From contig CANNBV010000002.1 in assembly GCA_947502975.1 (NCBI GenBank), forward strand, positions 685,251 through 749,250: 64,000 nt of DNA, in the 5' to 3' direction. Positions 54,522 through 64,000 of this stretch are shown here, one piece after another. How positions within the stretch are numbered: position 1 is the first letter of the stretch; the number at the start of each line of letters is the position of its first letter. Both the position numbers and the translations under genes were made by a program. This DNA comes from an uncultured Flavobacteriaceae bacterium (GTDB lineage: Bacteria; Bacteroidota; Bacteroidia; Flavobacteriales; Flavobacteriaceae). The notes beneath the pieces were generated by a model. It saw nothing but the letters and a program-made list of their open reading frames with translations. It was not told the DNA's origin and ran no database searches.

Positions 54522-55199
54522 ATGGGCAAATGTGAACAGTGTATTATAAAGCAGTTTAACGCGCTTAAGTCTTTAACAAAGGACGAGTTAGTGCGTATAT
54601 CTGGATGCAAAACATCTAAAACCATAAAAAAGGGAGAGGTGATTTTTGAGGAAGGAGAGTCCATAAATGGTGTTTATTGTGTTAAAGATGGCATATGTAA
54701 ACTGTCTAAGTTAAGTGAAAACGGCAAAGATCAAGTTGTGAAAATGGTAGTAAAAGGCCAACTTATCGGGCAGCGCTCTTTAGTGTCGAATGAGAGTTCT
54801 AATTTACAAGCCACTGCTTTAAATGATATGGAAGTTTGTTTTATTCCGAAAAGTGAAATTATTTCAGACTTACAAAGAAATCCTAAATTCACTTTAGATA
54901 TGTTGAAGGATATGGCGCATGATTTAAAGGAAGCTGACGATGTGATTGTCGATATGGCTCAAAAGTCAGTAAAACAACGATTAGCAGAGACACTTATTTA
55001 TGTTGAAAAGAATTTTGGAACCAATCCTGATGGTACTATTAGTTTAATGCTATCTCGCGAGGACTATGCTAATATTGTGGGAACCGCAACAGAATCTGCA
55101 ATTAGAGTATTGTCTCAGTTTAAAAAAGAAGGTTTAATTTCTACAGTAGGAAAGTATATTAAAATTGAAAATTCTAACGGTCTACGTCGTATAGAATAA
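54522..55199 (+). CDS. fnr: Crp/Fnr-family transcriptional regulator, FNR-like (N-terminal Cys cluster)
   Basis: The track start TTG 54486 is rejected. The ATG at 54522 gives MGKCEQCIIKQF... with CxxC plus further Cys residues at positions 29, 53 and 59. A cNMP-binding-like beta-roll and a C-terminal HTH GTATESAIRVLSQF (E-x3-R spacing as in FNR) follow. Confidence 0.8.
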   Translation: MGKCEQCIIKQFNALKSLTKDELVRISGCKTSKTIKKGEVIFEEGESINGVYCVKDGICKLSKLSENGKDQVVKMVVKGQLIGQRSLVSNESSNLQATALNDMEVCFIPKSEIISDLQRNPKFTLDMLKDMAHDLKEADDVIVDMAQKSVKQRLAETLIYVEKNFGTNPDGTISLMLSREDYANIVGTATESAIRVLSQFKKEGLISTVGKYIKIENSNGLRRIE

Positions 55200-55224
55200 A
55201 CAAGAATAAAAAGAAATAGTAAAA

Positions 55225-55255
55225 GGCTCTGAAATAACAATCAGAGCCCTTTTTT
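55225..55255. terminator. Bidirectional intrinsic terminator between fnr and the S9 peptidase gene
   Basis: AAAA-GGCTCTGA-AATAACAA-TCAGAGCC-CTTTTTT. Confidence 0.75.
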
Positions 55256-55263
55256 ACTTTAAA

Positions 55264-57213
55264 TTATTCGGTAGCTTCATCAACTTTAATTTCTTTTGGC
55301 TGGGCTTCTCCATCAATTGGAGGGTTTTCTTTTTTAAGATATATATCTAAGAACTTTAAAATACTGCTGTAAGCTTCAATTTGATTTTCTTTTTTTACGA
55401 AACCATGACCTTCATCTTCAAACAACACATATTCTACAGGCACACCATTCTTTTTAACTCCAGCTACAATTTCATCAGATTCTACTTGTAATACCCTTGG
55501 ATCCTTTGCTCCTTGTAAAACGATTAGAGGCTTTGTAACTTTATCTGTATGAAATAAAGGAGAAATTCTTCTTAGCCTCACAGAATCTACAGTATGTGGA
55601 TTACCTAATTCTTTATAAAGCGCATCTTTAAAAGATTCCCACCATGGTGGAATGCTTTTTAAGGTTCTTAACCAGTTAGTGACACCAAATAGGTTAACAC
55701 CTACAGCAAATTCTTCAGGAGTATATGTAAGAGCTGCCATAGTCATGTAGCCTCCATACGAACCTCCCATAATACCAATTTTATTAGCGTCTATTTCGAT
55801 TTGCGCAGCTAGCCAATTCTTACCTTCAACACAATCCTGTAAATCTTTTTCACCATGATTTAAATCGTCCATTTGGTAAAATGTTTTTCCATACCCACTA
55901 CTACCTCTGTTATTTACGGCCAAAACCGCATAGCCGTGATTGACCAAATATTGAGTTAGAGAGCTAAAATTTTGTCTGCTTTGCCCGCCAGGACCACCAT
56001 GAACCAATACTAAAGCAGGTACTTTATGATCGGCAGATGCTTGATGAGGTAAATAATAAATTGCAGGAATTTCAATACCATCAAAAGACTTATAACGAAT
56101 TACTTCTGCTTTTACTAGATGATCAGCATTGATATCCTCGTTAAGTACATCTGTTAATTTGTGCTGTGTTTTTGTTTTTAAGTCATAGGTAAATAAATTA
56201 GCAGGACTATTTGAGCCACCTACGTACATACGCATCATAGTTTCATCTCTAGAAAACCCTACGTTTGTAATATTACCATTGTCAAAATCGGGTAACTCTA
56301 TATTTTTACCAGATGCCACATCTAGAACTTCTATAGTGTTTTTACCATCTTCGTTAATATAGCTTACCCTATACTTTTCGTTGTGTGTAAAATACATACC
56401 CATAATATCCCATGATTTTTCCAAAACCTTCTCTTTTTTGCCTGTAGCAATATCATATTTCATTACATAAGAAAACTCGCTGCCATCATCTGTAGTATAA
56501 TACAATATTTTGCCATCTAATGAAAAATCTTGTCCAGAGTTAGAACTTTGATTATCATTTATTTTGGTTAGAGATTTATCTGTTCTATTATAAATAAAAA
56601 GATCACTATCATTTGTATTGATAGTTTTACTTAATGCAATAAGATTTTTATCGCTAGAAATAGCATTCATATTGTAGCCTTCATCATTTTGATAAATAAG
56701 TTGCGAAGACATATTTTCGACGTTCATTTCGTATATATCCATAAAGCGTTTATCTCTTTTATTGGAGCCATATCCAAAACTTTTACCGTCGTGTGCCCAA
56801 CCGTAAAATGAAGCTCTGATGCCTTCATCTGGTGTTAAGTCTGTTACTGTACCATCTATATCTCTTAGATAAATATGGTATATTTCATCTCCATTTCCAT
56901 CTGCACGATATAGCATACGTTTATCATTTGGAAAGTATGATATTCCAAATATTGATGATGAATCGGATTCTGTAATTGGTGTAAACTCACCACCATTTGC
57001 TGGTACCGTATACATATTGTAAATACCAGATTTGTTACTCGACACTAGAAGCGTAGATTTATCTGGAGAAAAGCTTCCTCCACCAACAGCTTCGTTGTCC
57101 ATAAACTGTTCAATAGTATATTGCTTTAAATTTAAAGCAACTTCTTTGGCTTTATCGTCTTTCTTACAAGACATAAAAATCACCAAAAGGCATAATGTTA
57201 GTAATTTATTCAT
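55264..57213 (-). CDS. S9-family serine peptidase (prolyl oligopeptidase/DPP type) with N-terminal beta-propeller
   Basis: 649 aa with a lipoprotein-like signal, nucleophile elbow GGSYGGYM, the catalytic His region DEGHGF and PD40-like repeats. Confidence 0.88.
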   Translation of the reverse strand: MNKLLTLCLLVIFMSCKKDDKAKEVALNLKQYTIEQFMDNEAVGGGSFSPDKSTLLVSSNKSGIYNMYTVPANGGEFTPITESDSSSIFGISYFPNDKRMLYRADGNGDEIYHIYLRDIDGTVTDLTPDEGIRASFYGWAHDGKSFGYGSNKRDKRFMDIYEMNVENMSSQLIYQNDEGYNMNAISSDKNLIALSKTINTNDSDLFIYNRTDKSLTKINDNQSSNSGQDFSLDGKILYYTTDDGSEFSYVMKYDIATGKKEKVLEKSWDIMGMYFTHNEKYRVSYINEDGKNTIEVLDVASGKNIELPDFDNGNITNVGFSRDETMMRMYVGGSNSPANLFTYDLKTKTQHKLTDVLNEDINADHLVKAEVIRYKSFDGIEIPAIYYLPHQASADHKVPALVLVHGGPGGQSRQNFSSLTQYLVNHGYAVLAVNNRGSSGYGKTFYQMDDLNHGEKDLQDCVEGKNWLAAQIEIDANKIGIMGGSYGGYMTMAALTYTPEEFAVGVNLFGVTNWLRTLKSIPPWWESFKDALYKELGNPHTVDSVRLRRISPLFHTDKVTKPLIVLQGAKDPRVLQVESDEIVAGVKKNGVPVEYVLFEDEGHGFVKKENQIEAYSSILKFLDIYLKKENPPIDGEAQPKEIKVDEATE

Positions 57214-57442
57214 ATTGATTGATATTAAAGAATTATTAAATTTGTTTTTGCATTACTATAACATAAGTAATATTTTTTAATCAAAGAAATATTACTAGTT
57301 ATGACGTAAAAATCGTTATGTGCCCCTAACTATCTTAATATTAAAAATAAGAATGCTCATTATACCTTAATTCTTGATTAAAGAAAATGGTATTTTTACA
57401 TTGCAATCAAAGCATCTAAATTTTTTAGAAAAGCATTTATTT

Positions 57443-60400
57443 CTAATCCGTCAATTCAAAGTTTTTTGTTTCTTTAAATGGCGACAATTTTAATTGTTCC
57501 ATATCATTTTTATAGGATTTCCAGCTATCATTAAAAAACAAATTTGTTTTTTTTAATCCATTTTTAAGTGCAACTTCAGCTTGTTTGATTAATGTTTTTT
57601 CAGTTGAAGTAATGCCATTTTGTCTAGAGCGTACATAGCTATTTGCTAAACCAATGCGTCTAGTAATATTAGGTTTTGGGCTTCTAACAATACCTTGGCG
57701 TTTGTCCTCTTTACCTAAAAACAGGGCCATAAGCGTATCAATATTTTTTACAATGTCTTTGGAAGCTTTTATTTCTGTTTTATATGCTTCTTTATCTAAC
57801 TTCTTTAACTCTGATTGATATTTCTCTGCTATGGTTTTACTTTCGACTAGCTGTTTTGTAGCATCGGCAGCGAGTTGTGTCATTTTTTCAATAGCTTTTG
57901 CAGTTTGATACACCTCATCTATAGCTAGCATTGATGTATTTAGGCGAGGATCTGATTTTATAGAAATCATAGTTTCTGAAATTTGATCACCAAAATGCAA
58001 TATAATTTTATAGGTTCCGGGTTTAACTGTTACACCAGAAGGTTCTGTTTTAGGCTTTTTAACACTTCGTGATGGTCTATTAGGACCTTTTTCAGTTAAA
58101 TTCCATTGCCATTTATGAATACCAGTTTCTTTAGGAGTCTTCTGCTTTAAAGTTCTAATTAATCGGTCGCCATCATAAATTTTCATAGTTAAAGAATCCC
58201 ATTTAATTTTATTGTTGTCTTCCTCAATTTCATCATTGTCTATTGCTTTGTCTTTAGACGTTTCTTTTTTATCAATGGTTACATAATATGCTATTTGTGC
58301 TCCAGAACTTCTGTTTTCTCCATGATAGATGGCATCTGCTCCAAATCGAGTTCCAGATGGTTGTTGGTATGCTGCCAAATAGGCTGTTTTTGGCTTAAAA
58401 AGCTCAAGTTTTCTGTCAAAGACAGACTTGTTTTTTGCAATTTCTCGTAAAGGTTGAATATCATCTAATACCCAAGCTGCACGACCAAAAGTACCTATAA
58501 TTAAATCATGCTCACGAGGATGTATTACCAAATCTTTAACAGAAACAGTAGGGAAACCTTCTGTCCATTTTGTCCAAGTAGCAGCAGCGTCAATAGATAC
58601 ATATAAACCATCATCTGTTCCTAAGAATACTAAATTGGGATTTTCTATGTCTTCAACAATAGATAAGGTATAACTTTTAACATCGGTTTCGTCTACAATA
58701 CGCTCCCAGCTTTTACCATAGTTTTTAGTTTTATAAGCATAAGGCGTATAGTTAAAACGTCTGTAATCATTAGCTATTAATAAGGCTTCACCTTTATTTT
58801 TATTGCTTGCTTTTATCTGTGGAATCCAGCTTCCGGCTGGCAACCCTTTAATGTTTTTAGAAATATCAGTCCAAGAAGTACCGCCATCTTTTGTAATATG
58901 TACTTTGCCATCATCAGTACTTACCCAAAGCACATCTTTTTCAACAGAAGAAGGCTCAATTACCAAAATAGTACAATGGTTTTCCGCTCCAGTAGCATCA
59001 ATTGTTAAACCACCACTTTCACTTTGCTTTTGCTTTTCTGGATCATTGGTTGTTAAATCTTCAGAAATAATAGACCACGTTAATCCTTTATCAGTAGATT
59101 TATGAACAAATTGACTTCCAAAGTAAAGTGTATTAGTATCAAAAGGATCAATATGTATTGCAGCATTCCAATTAAATCGCAATAGTACATCAGGATTAGG
59201 GTGAGTGGGTTTTACGCTAAAATTATTTCCAGTTTCTGAATCGTAATAACTCACATACCCTTGCTGACTCATAGACCACCCAAAACGAGAATTTGTAGGG
59301 TCTGGCACCACATCAAAACCATCACCAAAACTTATTTCTTGCCAATAAGAATTACGAATACCTTGTGCACGCCAAACGTAAGCTGGCCCTTTCCATGAAC
59401 CATTGTCTTGCATACCACCGTAAACATTATATGGAATGTCATTATCAACAGCAATATGATAAAATTGGGCAACAGGTAAATTGCCTATAAATCGCCATGT
59501 TTTGCCACCATCTTTTGTAATGTTTAATCCGCCATCATTTCCATCTATCATAAAGTTACCATTGGTTGGATGAATCCACCATGCATGATGATCTGGATGC
59601 ACACCGTGATCTGTATTATAAGCTGGCATGAGTTGCTTAAAACTTTTGCCACCATCTTCGCTTACATTTATATATGTAAACACAGAATACACACGATTTT
59701 CATTTTGTGGATCTACATAAATTTCAGAATAATAAAAAGGCCTGTTTCCAATGTCATCTTTATCGTTTATTTTGTTCCATTTAAAGCCTCCATCTTCACT
59801 TTTGTACAATGCATTTTTTTTGGCTTCAACCAAAGCATAGATTGTATTGGGTTTGTTTGCAGCAATAGCAACACCAATTCTACCAAGATTGCCCTTAGGG
59901 AAACCATCCTGTTCGGTAACTTTTTTCCAAGTGTTTCCTCCATCATGAGTAATGTGTAATCCAGAACCTGAGCCACCAGAATTAAAAAACCAAGGTTCAC
60001 GTTTGTGTTCCCATAACGCTGCGATTAATTTATTTGGGTTCGTTGGATCCATTATTAAATCTGCCGCTCCAGTTTTAGTATTAGCAAACAATATTTTATT
60101 CCAAGTGATACCACCATCTGTTGTTTTAAATATACCACGCTCTGGATGTTCTCCCCAAGGAGAACCAATAGCAGCAACATAAACTACATTGGGATTGTTA
60201 GGGTCAATAATTACCCGATGGATATGTCTTGTGTTTTCTAACCCCATTAACATCCAGTTTTTCCCGCCGTCTAAAGAACGGTAAATACCATAGCCGCCAT
60301 TAAGGCTATTTCTAGGATTACCCTCGCCAGTTCCTAACCAAATTACACTAGGGTTAGACTGTTGAATAGCCACTGCACCAATTGAAGCTGTCACTTCTTT

Positions 60401-60658
60401 TTCAAAAATAGGTTCCCATGTAATCCCTCCTGAAGTAGATTTCCACAAACCACCAGAGGCGGTACCAACATACATGATATCAGGGTTAGAATGTACTACA
60501 TCTATAGCCGTTACCCTTCCAGACATACCACCTGGACCAATATTTCTTGGGTGCATATTCTTGAAAATATCCATGGGAAGTTTTTGAGAATAGCTTATAA
60601 TCGAGGAAAGTAAGAATAGAGAGAGTAATATCTTTTTCATAGGTTGAATTTTAGTCAT
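57443..60658 (-). CDS. VPS10/sortilin-like BNR (Asp-box) repeat protein
   Basis: 1071 aa with a signal peptide and at least 10 Asp-box motifs SxDxGxTW (STSGGITW, SLDGGKNW, TTDGGITW, THDGGNTW, TKDGGKTW, STDKGLTW, TKDGGTSW...). Confidence 0.8.
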   Translation of the reverse strand: MTKIQPMKKILLSLFLLSSIISYSQKLPMDIFKNMHPRNIGPGGMSGRVTAIDVVHSNPDIMYVGTASGGLWKSTSGGITWEPIFEKEVTASIGAVAIQQSNPSVIWLGTGEGNPRNSLNGGYGIYRSLDGGKNWMLMGLENTRHIHRVIIDPNNPNVVYVAAIGSPWGEHPERGIFKTTDGGITWNKILFANTKTGAADLIMDPTNPNKLIAALWEHKREPWFFNSGGSGSGLHITHDGGNTWKKVTEQDGFPKGNLGRIGVAIAANKPNTIYALVEAKKNALYKSEDGGFKWNKINDKDDIGNRPFYYSEIYVDPQNENRVYSVFTYINVSEDGGKSFKQLMPAYNTDHGVHPDHHAWWIHPTNGNFMIDGNDGGLNITKDGGKTWRFIGNLPVAQFYHIAVDNDIPYNVYGGMQDNGSWKGPAYVWRAQGIRNSYWQEISFGDGFDVVPDPTNSRFGWSMSQQGYVSYYDSETGNNFSVKPTHPNPDVLLRFNWNAAIHIDPFDTNTLYFGSQFVHKSTDKGLTWSIISEDLTTNDPEKQKQSESGGLTIDATGAENHCTILVIEPSSVEKDVLWVSTDDGKVHITKDGGTSWTDISKNIKGLPAGSWIPQIKASNKNKGEALLIANDYRRFNYTPYAYKTKNYGKSWERIVDETDVKSYTLSIVEDIENPNLVFLGTDDGLYVSIDAAATWTKWTEGFPTVSVKDLVIHPREHDLIIGTFGRAAWVLDDIQPLREIAKNKSVFDRKLELFKPKTAYLAAYQQPSGTRFGADAIYHGENRSSGAQIAYYVTIDKKETSKDKAIDNDEIEEDNNKIKWDSLTMKIYDGDRLIRTLKQKTPKETGIHKWQWNLTEKGPNRPSRSVKKPKTEPSGVTVKPGTYKIILHFGDQISETMISIKSDPRLNTSMLAIDEVYQTAKAIEKMTQLAADATKQLVESKTIAEKYQSELKKLDKEAYKTEIKASKDIVKNIDTLMALFLGKEDKRQGIVRSPKPNITRRIGLANSYVRSRQNGITSTEKTLIKQAEVALKNGLKKTNLFFNDSWKSYKNDMEQLKLSPFKETKNFELTD

Positions 60659-60749
60659 CTCGAAAATAACGAAAACTTATTATTGAATAGCTTAAATAGA
60701 TGTTAATATTACCTTGCTAGTTATAGAAAAATAGTATTTTTATACTGCT

Positions 60750-61877
60750 ATGGAAGAGAATAAAAATATAAGAAAGGGTTTCATTTTTAAAACTTATGAA
60801 GCACCATACAAATCTCCTTTTGATACACTTTTTGAAATTTTTAAAGAACTAATTACGCACACATCAGGTGATTTTGATGAAGCTATTAGTTGGTTAAGAG
60901 AATTAGATAAGGAGTATAAACTTACCACTCCAGAATATACTATTGAAGATTTTATTGAAGACCTAAAAAAGAAAGGCTATTTGCGAGAGGAAATAGATCC
61001 TGATGGAAATGGTGCATTGACAATAACAGCAAAAACAGAACGTGCTATTCGTCAACAAGCACTGGACCAAATATTTGGTAAAATTAAGCGAAGCGGACAA
61101 GGTAATCATAAAAGTAAAAGTCCAGGAATAGGAGATGAGCATACAGGAGATTTTAGAGGTTATCAATTTGGCGATGCCTTGGATAAAGTATCGATGACAG
61201 AAAGTTTGAAAAATGCACAAATTAACCATGGTATTGGAGATTTTACGCTCTCTGAAGATGATTTAGTGGTTGAGGAAACCCTGCATAAATCTCAGATGAG
61301 TACGGTGCTGATGATTGATATTAGTCACAGTATGATTTTGTATGGTGAAGATCGTATTACACCAGCCAAAAAGGTAGCTATGGCCTTAGCGGAATTGATT
61401 ACAACACGTTACCCGAAAGATACTTTAGATATTATTGTCTTTGGAAATGATGCTTGGCGTATAGAAATTAAAGATTTACCCTATTTAAAGGTGGGACCAT
61501 ATCATACTAATACAGTTGCAGGTTTAGAATTAGCTATGGATTTATTGAGACGAAAGCGCAACACCAATAAACAAATTTTTATGATAACTGATGGTAAACC
61601 TAGTTGTTTGCGTTTACCTGATGGACAATATTATAAAAATAGTATGGGCTTAGATCCTGATATTATTAATAAATGTTATATGATGGCGCAACAGGCTAGA
61701 AAATTGCACATTCCTATCACAACATTTATGATAGCTAAAGACAGTTATTTAATGCAGTTTGTAAGGGAGTTTACTTATGCAAATCAAGGAAAAGCATTTT
61801 ATACAGGATTGAAAGGTTTAGGTGAAATGATTTTTGAAGATTACGAAACAAATAGAAAAAAGAGAATTAGAGGTTAA
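60750..61877 (+). CDS. VWA-domain protein (CoxE/ChlD-C-terminal-like) with N-terminal helical region
   Basis: 375 aa with the MIDAS DxSxS motif (MIDISHSM), a downstream T (HTNTVAGL) and the D of ITDGKPS. Confidence 0.8.
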   Translation: MEENKNIRKGFIFKTYEAPYKSPFDTLFEIFKELITHTSGDFDEAISWLRELDKEYKLTTPEYTIEDFIEDLKKKGYLREEIDPDGNGALTITAKTERAIRQQALDQIFGKIKRSGQGNHKSKSPGIGDEHTGDFRGYQFGDALDKVSMTESLKNAQINHGIGDFTLSEDDLVVEETLHKSQMSTVLMIDISHSMILYGEDRITPAKKVAMALAELITTRYPKDTLDIIVFGNDAWRIEIKDLPYLKVGPYHTNTVAGLELAMDLLRRKRNTNKQIFMITDGKPSCLRLPDGQYYKNSMGLDPDIINKCYMMAQQARKLHIPITTFMIAKDSYLMQFVREFTYANQGKAFYTGLKGLGEMIFEDYETNRKKRIRG

Positions 61878-61879
61878 GT

Positions 61880-63346
61880 ATGAAAATAGAGAATATTAAA
61901 ACTTTAGGAGCATTAAAAAAGACAGGATATCAATCAAAATCAATTAGGGATGAATTGAGAGATAACCTGATTCAAAAGATAAAAAATAAAGAAACAACAT
62001 TTGAAGGCGTTCATGGATATGAGAATACTGTTATTCCAGAACTAGAACGTGCCATTTTATCCCGACACAATATCAATTTATTAGGATTACGCGGACAAGC
62101 TAAAACGCGTCTAGCTCGTTTAATGTTAAATTTATTAGATGAATATATTCCTGTGGTTGAAGGTTCTGATGTGAATGATGATCCTTTTAATCCTATTTCG
62201 AGGTATGCTATCGAATTGATTAAAGATAAAGGAGACGATACGCCAATATCTTGGTTGCATAGAAGCGAGCGTTTCGCTGAAAAACTGGCAACTCCCGATG
62301 TTACTGTAGCAGATATTATTGGAGATGTAGACCCTATAAAAGCAGCAAATTTAAAGTTGAGTTATGCAGATGATCGCGTTATCCATTATGGTATGATACC
62401 AAGAGCGAATCGCTGTATTTTTGTAATTAATGAGTTACCAGATTTACAAGCTAGAATTCAAGTAGCATTGTTTAATATTTTACAAGAAGGCGATATTCAG
62501 ATTAGAGGATTTAAAGTGCGATTGCCTTTGGATATTCAATTTTTATTTACTGCAAACCCTGAAGATTATACGAATAGAGGTAGTATAGTTACACCTTTAA
62601 AAGATAGAATTGGTTCGCAGATTTTAACGCATTATCCAGAGGATATCGAAACAGCTCGTTTAATCACAGCACAAGAAGCAAATTTGGTTGAAGGTCAAAA
62701 AGAAAATGTCTTAGTACCAGATTTAGCTAAAGATTTATTAGAACAAATAGTTTTTGAAGCTAGAGAAAGTGAATATATTGATGCAAAATCAGGAGTGAGC
62801 GCGCGATTAAGTATTACGGCTTTTGAAAATTTATTGAGTACAGCAGAAAGACGTTCACTATTATCAGGTGATGAAAAAACCACATTACGATTAAGCGATT
62901 TTGTAGGCATTATACCATCTATTACAGGTAAAGTTGAGCTAGTATATGAAGGCGAACAGGAAGGTGCTGCTGTAGTGGCTTATAATTTAATAGGAGGGGC
63001 TGTTAAAAATTTATTTGTTGAGTATTTTCCAAAGATTGAAAAGTTAAAGAAACAAAATGAAGAGACGGCTTATGATGATATTGTAAGTTGGTTTTTTAAC
63101 CAAAAAGATGGCTTTGAGTTATTAGATGACTTAAGAGATAAAGAATATAAAAGTATGTTGGACGCGATATCTCCTTTAGATGATTTACTGGGTAAGTATC
63201 AACCAAATCTTAGAAAAGTAGATAGTTACTTCGTGAAAGAATTTGTGCTTTGGGCATTAGCAGAATACAAACAATTGAGTAAAAATAGATTTTCTGAAGG
63301 TATTCAATTTAAAGACCCTTACGGAAGTTTTATAAGTGGTATTTAA
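61880..63346 (+). CDS. BchI/ChlI-like AAA+ ATPase with atypical Walker motifs
   Basis: 488 aa. P-loop GLRGQAKT, ANRCIFVINELPDL aligning to ChlI ANRGILYVDEVNLL, FTANPED and PLKDRIG sensor/arginine-finger regions. It starts 2 nt after the VWA gene. Confidence 0.72.
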   Translation: MKIENIKTLGALKKTGYQSKSIRDELRDNLIQKIKNKETTFEGVHGYENTVIPELERAILSRHNINLLGLRGQAKTRLARLMLNLLDEYIPVVEGSDVNDDPFNPISRYAIELIKDKGDDTPISWLHRSERFAEKLATPDVTVADIIGDVDPIKAANLKLSYADDRVIHYGMIPRANRCIFVINELPDLQARIQVALFNILQEGDIQIRGFKVRLPLDIQFLFTANPEDYTNRGSIVTPLKDRIGSQILTHYPEDIETARLITAQEANLVEGQKENVLVPDLAKDLLEQIVFEARESEYIDAKSGVSARLSITAFENLLSTAERRSLLSGDEKTTLRLSDFVGIIPSITGKVELVYEGEQEGAAVVAYNLIGGAVKNLFVEYFPKIEKLKKQNEETAYDDIVSWFFNQKDGFELLDDLRDKEYKSMLDAISPLDDLLGKYQPNLRKVDSYFVKEFVLWALAEYKQLSKNRFSEGIQFKDPYGSFISGI

Positions 63347-63349
63347 TAG

Positions 63350-64000
63350 TTATTTAGCACTTAGCATATTTTTCAAAAAACTAGTTCGCTCTTTACTTAT
63401 TTGAATAACTTCATGATATTTAGGATTAACCTCAATAGTAACCTGGCCAGGTTCTGATGGGGTTAATTTTTTTATGGCTTCAATATTTATAAGTAATTGT
63501 CTGCTTAATCTAACAAAGTGTTTCGGGTTTAATTTTTTTTGTAATTGATTTAAAGAATCATCTACAGGAAATGATTTTCCATCAAAATTCTTAGCAAATA
63601 CAATTTCATCTCTATAAAAATATGCTATGTTTTTAGTTTTTACAGGAGTTAAACTGTTACCTAATTTGAGTAAAAATCGTTCTATGTATTTAGAATCAGG
63701 CTCTTGATTATATAAGTTAAGCAACTCCATTTTTTTCAAAAACAATTCTTCAGTAAATGTTGTTTTTTGCTTGTAATATTTATTTAAGGCACTTTTTAAG
63801 TCTGCACTGGTGATTGGTTTTAATAAATAGTCTATACCTGAAGTTTTAAACGCTTTTATTGCATATTTATCATAAGCTGTAGTGAATATAATTGGGCAAT
63901 TTATTTCAACTTCTTCAAGAATATCAAAAGATAAACCGTCAGATAAATGAATATCCATAAAAATTATATCTGGTGAATTATACTTTAGATAAGTAACTGC
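63350..64000 (-). CDS. LytTR-family response regulator (N-terminus beyond the right edge)
   Basis: The frame stays open upstream of the track Met (..AVTYLKYNSPDIIFMDIHLSDG = receiver domain DIxMP region). The C-terminal LytTR domain reads IAYFYRDEIVFAKNFDGKSF...HFVRLSRQLLINIEAI. Confidence 0.85.
   Translation of the reverse strand, partial: AVTYLKYNSPDIIFMDIHLSDGLSFDILEEVEINCPIIFTTAYDKYAIKAFKTSGIDYLLKPITSADLKSALNKYYKQKTTFTEELFLKKMELLNLYNQEPDSKYIERFLLKLGNSLTPVKTKNIAYFYRDEIVFAKNFDGKSFPVDDSLNQLQKKLNPKHFVRLSRQLLINIEAIKKLTPSEPGQVTIEVNPKYHEVIQISKERTSFLKNMLSAK

Noticed and set aside
57032-57280. 82-aa plus-strand ORF across the S9 peptidase 5' end
   Set aside because: It is antisense to the peptidase signal peptide and propeller region, and no motif is present.
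58803-60182. Several ORFs within or antisense to the VPS10/BNR gene (58803..59105, 59570..59959, 59767..60000, 59952..60182)
   Set aside because: The 1071-aa frame carries at least 10 Asp-box motifs. The other frames are unsupported.
1-64000. Search for rRNA, tRNA, tmRNA, riboswitches, transposases, integrases, phage genes, toxin-antitoxin pairs or known defence systems
   Set aside because: I saw no tRNA-like T-arm (GGTTCGAATCC type) or other conserved RNA signature in the intergenic regions I read. No ORF has recombinase, RT, nuclease-helicase or Cas-like motifs. Absence is judged by eye only and should be confirmed with tRNAscan/Infernal and defence-system HMM scans.

Overview
AT-rich (roughly one-third G+C by eye) chromosomal segment that looks like a marine Flavobacteriaceae (Bacteroidota) genome. 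Supporting signs are TAnnTTTG -7 promoter boxes with short A-rich leaders lacking Shine-Dalgarno sequences, a fused ccoNO gene, many SusD-less TPR/OMP/BNR surface proteins, and abundant GC-rich hairpin repeats between genes. I support about 55 protein genes and found no rRNA, tRNA, CRISPR array, transposase, integrase or prophage genes. Left to right the window holds: (1) an HTH_34 regulator/CreD membrane-protein cluster; (2) kdsA and typA; (3) a translationally coupled LPS/O-antigen-type operon with two tandem Wzx-like flippases, a phosphoethanolamine transferase, GT4, two GT2 genes and a 2OG oxygenase; (4) ftsE and a TPR/beta-barrel/TonB-C-like trio; (5) a mixed accessory stretch (DUF2911, MG2-like giant protein, methyltransferase, YkgJ, acyltransferase, sterol desaturase, membrane AraC, serine hydrolase, DinB, NamZ, LolE-like); (6) a roughly 19-kb low-oxygen island (sodC, hemN, tandem usp, ccoS-ccoNO-ccoQ-ccoP-ccoG-fixH-tauE-like, ccoI, fnr), interrupted by a tetR-ABC-HlyD-TolC efflux operon and an orphan membrane gene; (7) an S9 peptidase, a VPS10/BNR protein, a VWA plus BchI-like AAA+ pair, and a LytTR response regulator cut by the right edge. 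I do not see a clear, self-evident novel multi-gene system such as a defence island. The best leads are listed here. First, an FNR-type dyad sits exactly 33 nt from the -7 box at three promoters (hemN, ccoS, ccoI). Second, an 11-copy heptamer CCATTAA plus a conserved A/C-rich leader block lies inside the cco operon. Third, the ABC exporter NBD keeps only the P-loop, with Q-loop, signature, Walker B, D-loop and H-loop all non-canonical. Fourth, an uncharacterised chelatase-like AAA+/VWA pair carries altered Walker motifs. Fifth, two identical 7-5-7 palindromes flank the HTH_34 regulator of the CreD cluster. Sixth, there are two modular GC-rich intergenic repeat families, including one nested copy. 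All functional calls rest on motif recognition by eye; no searches were run.
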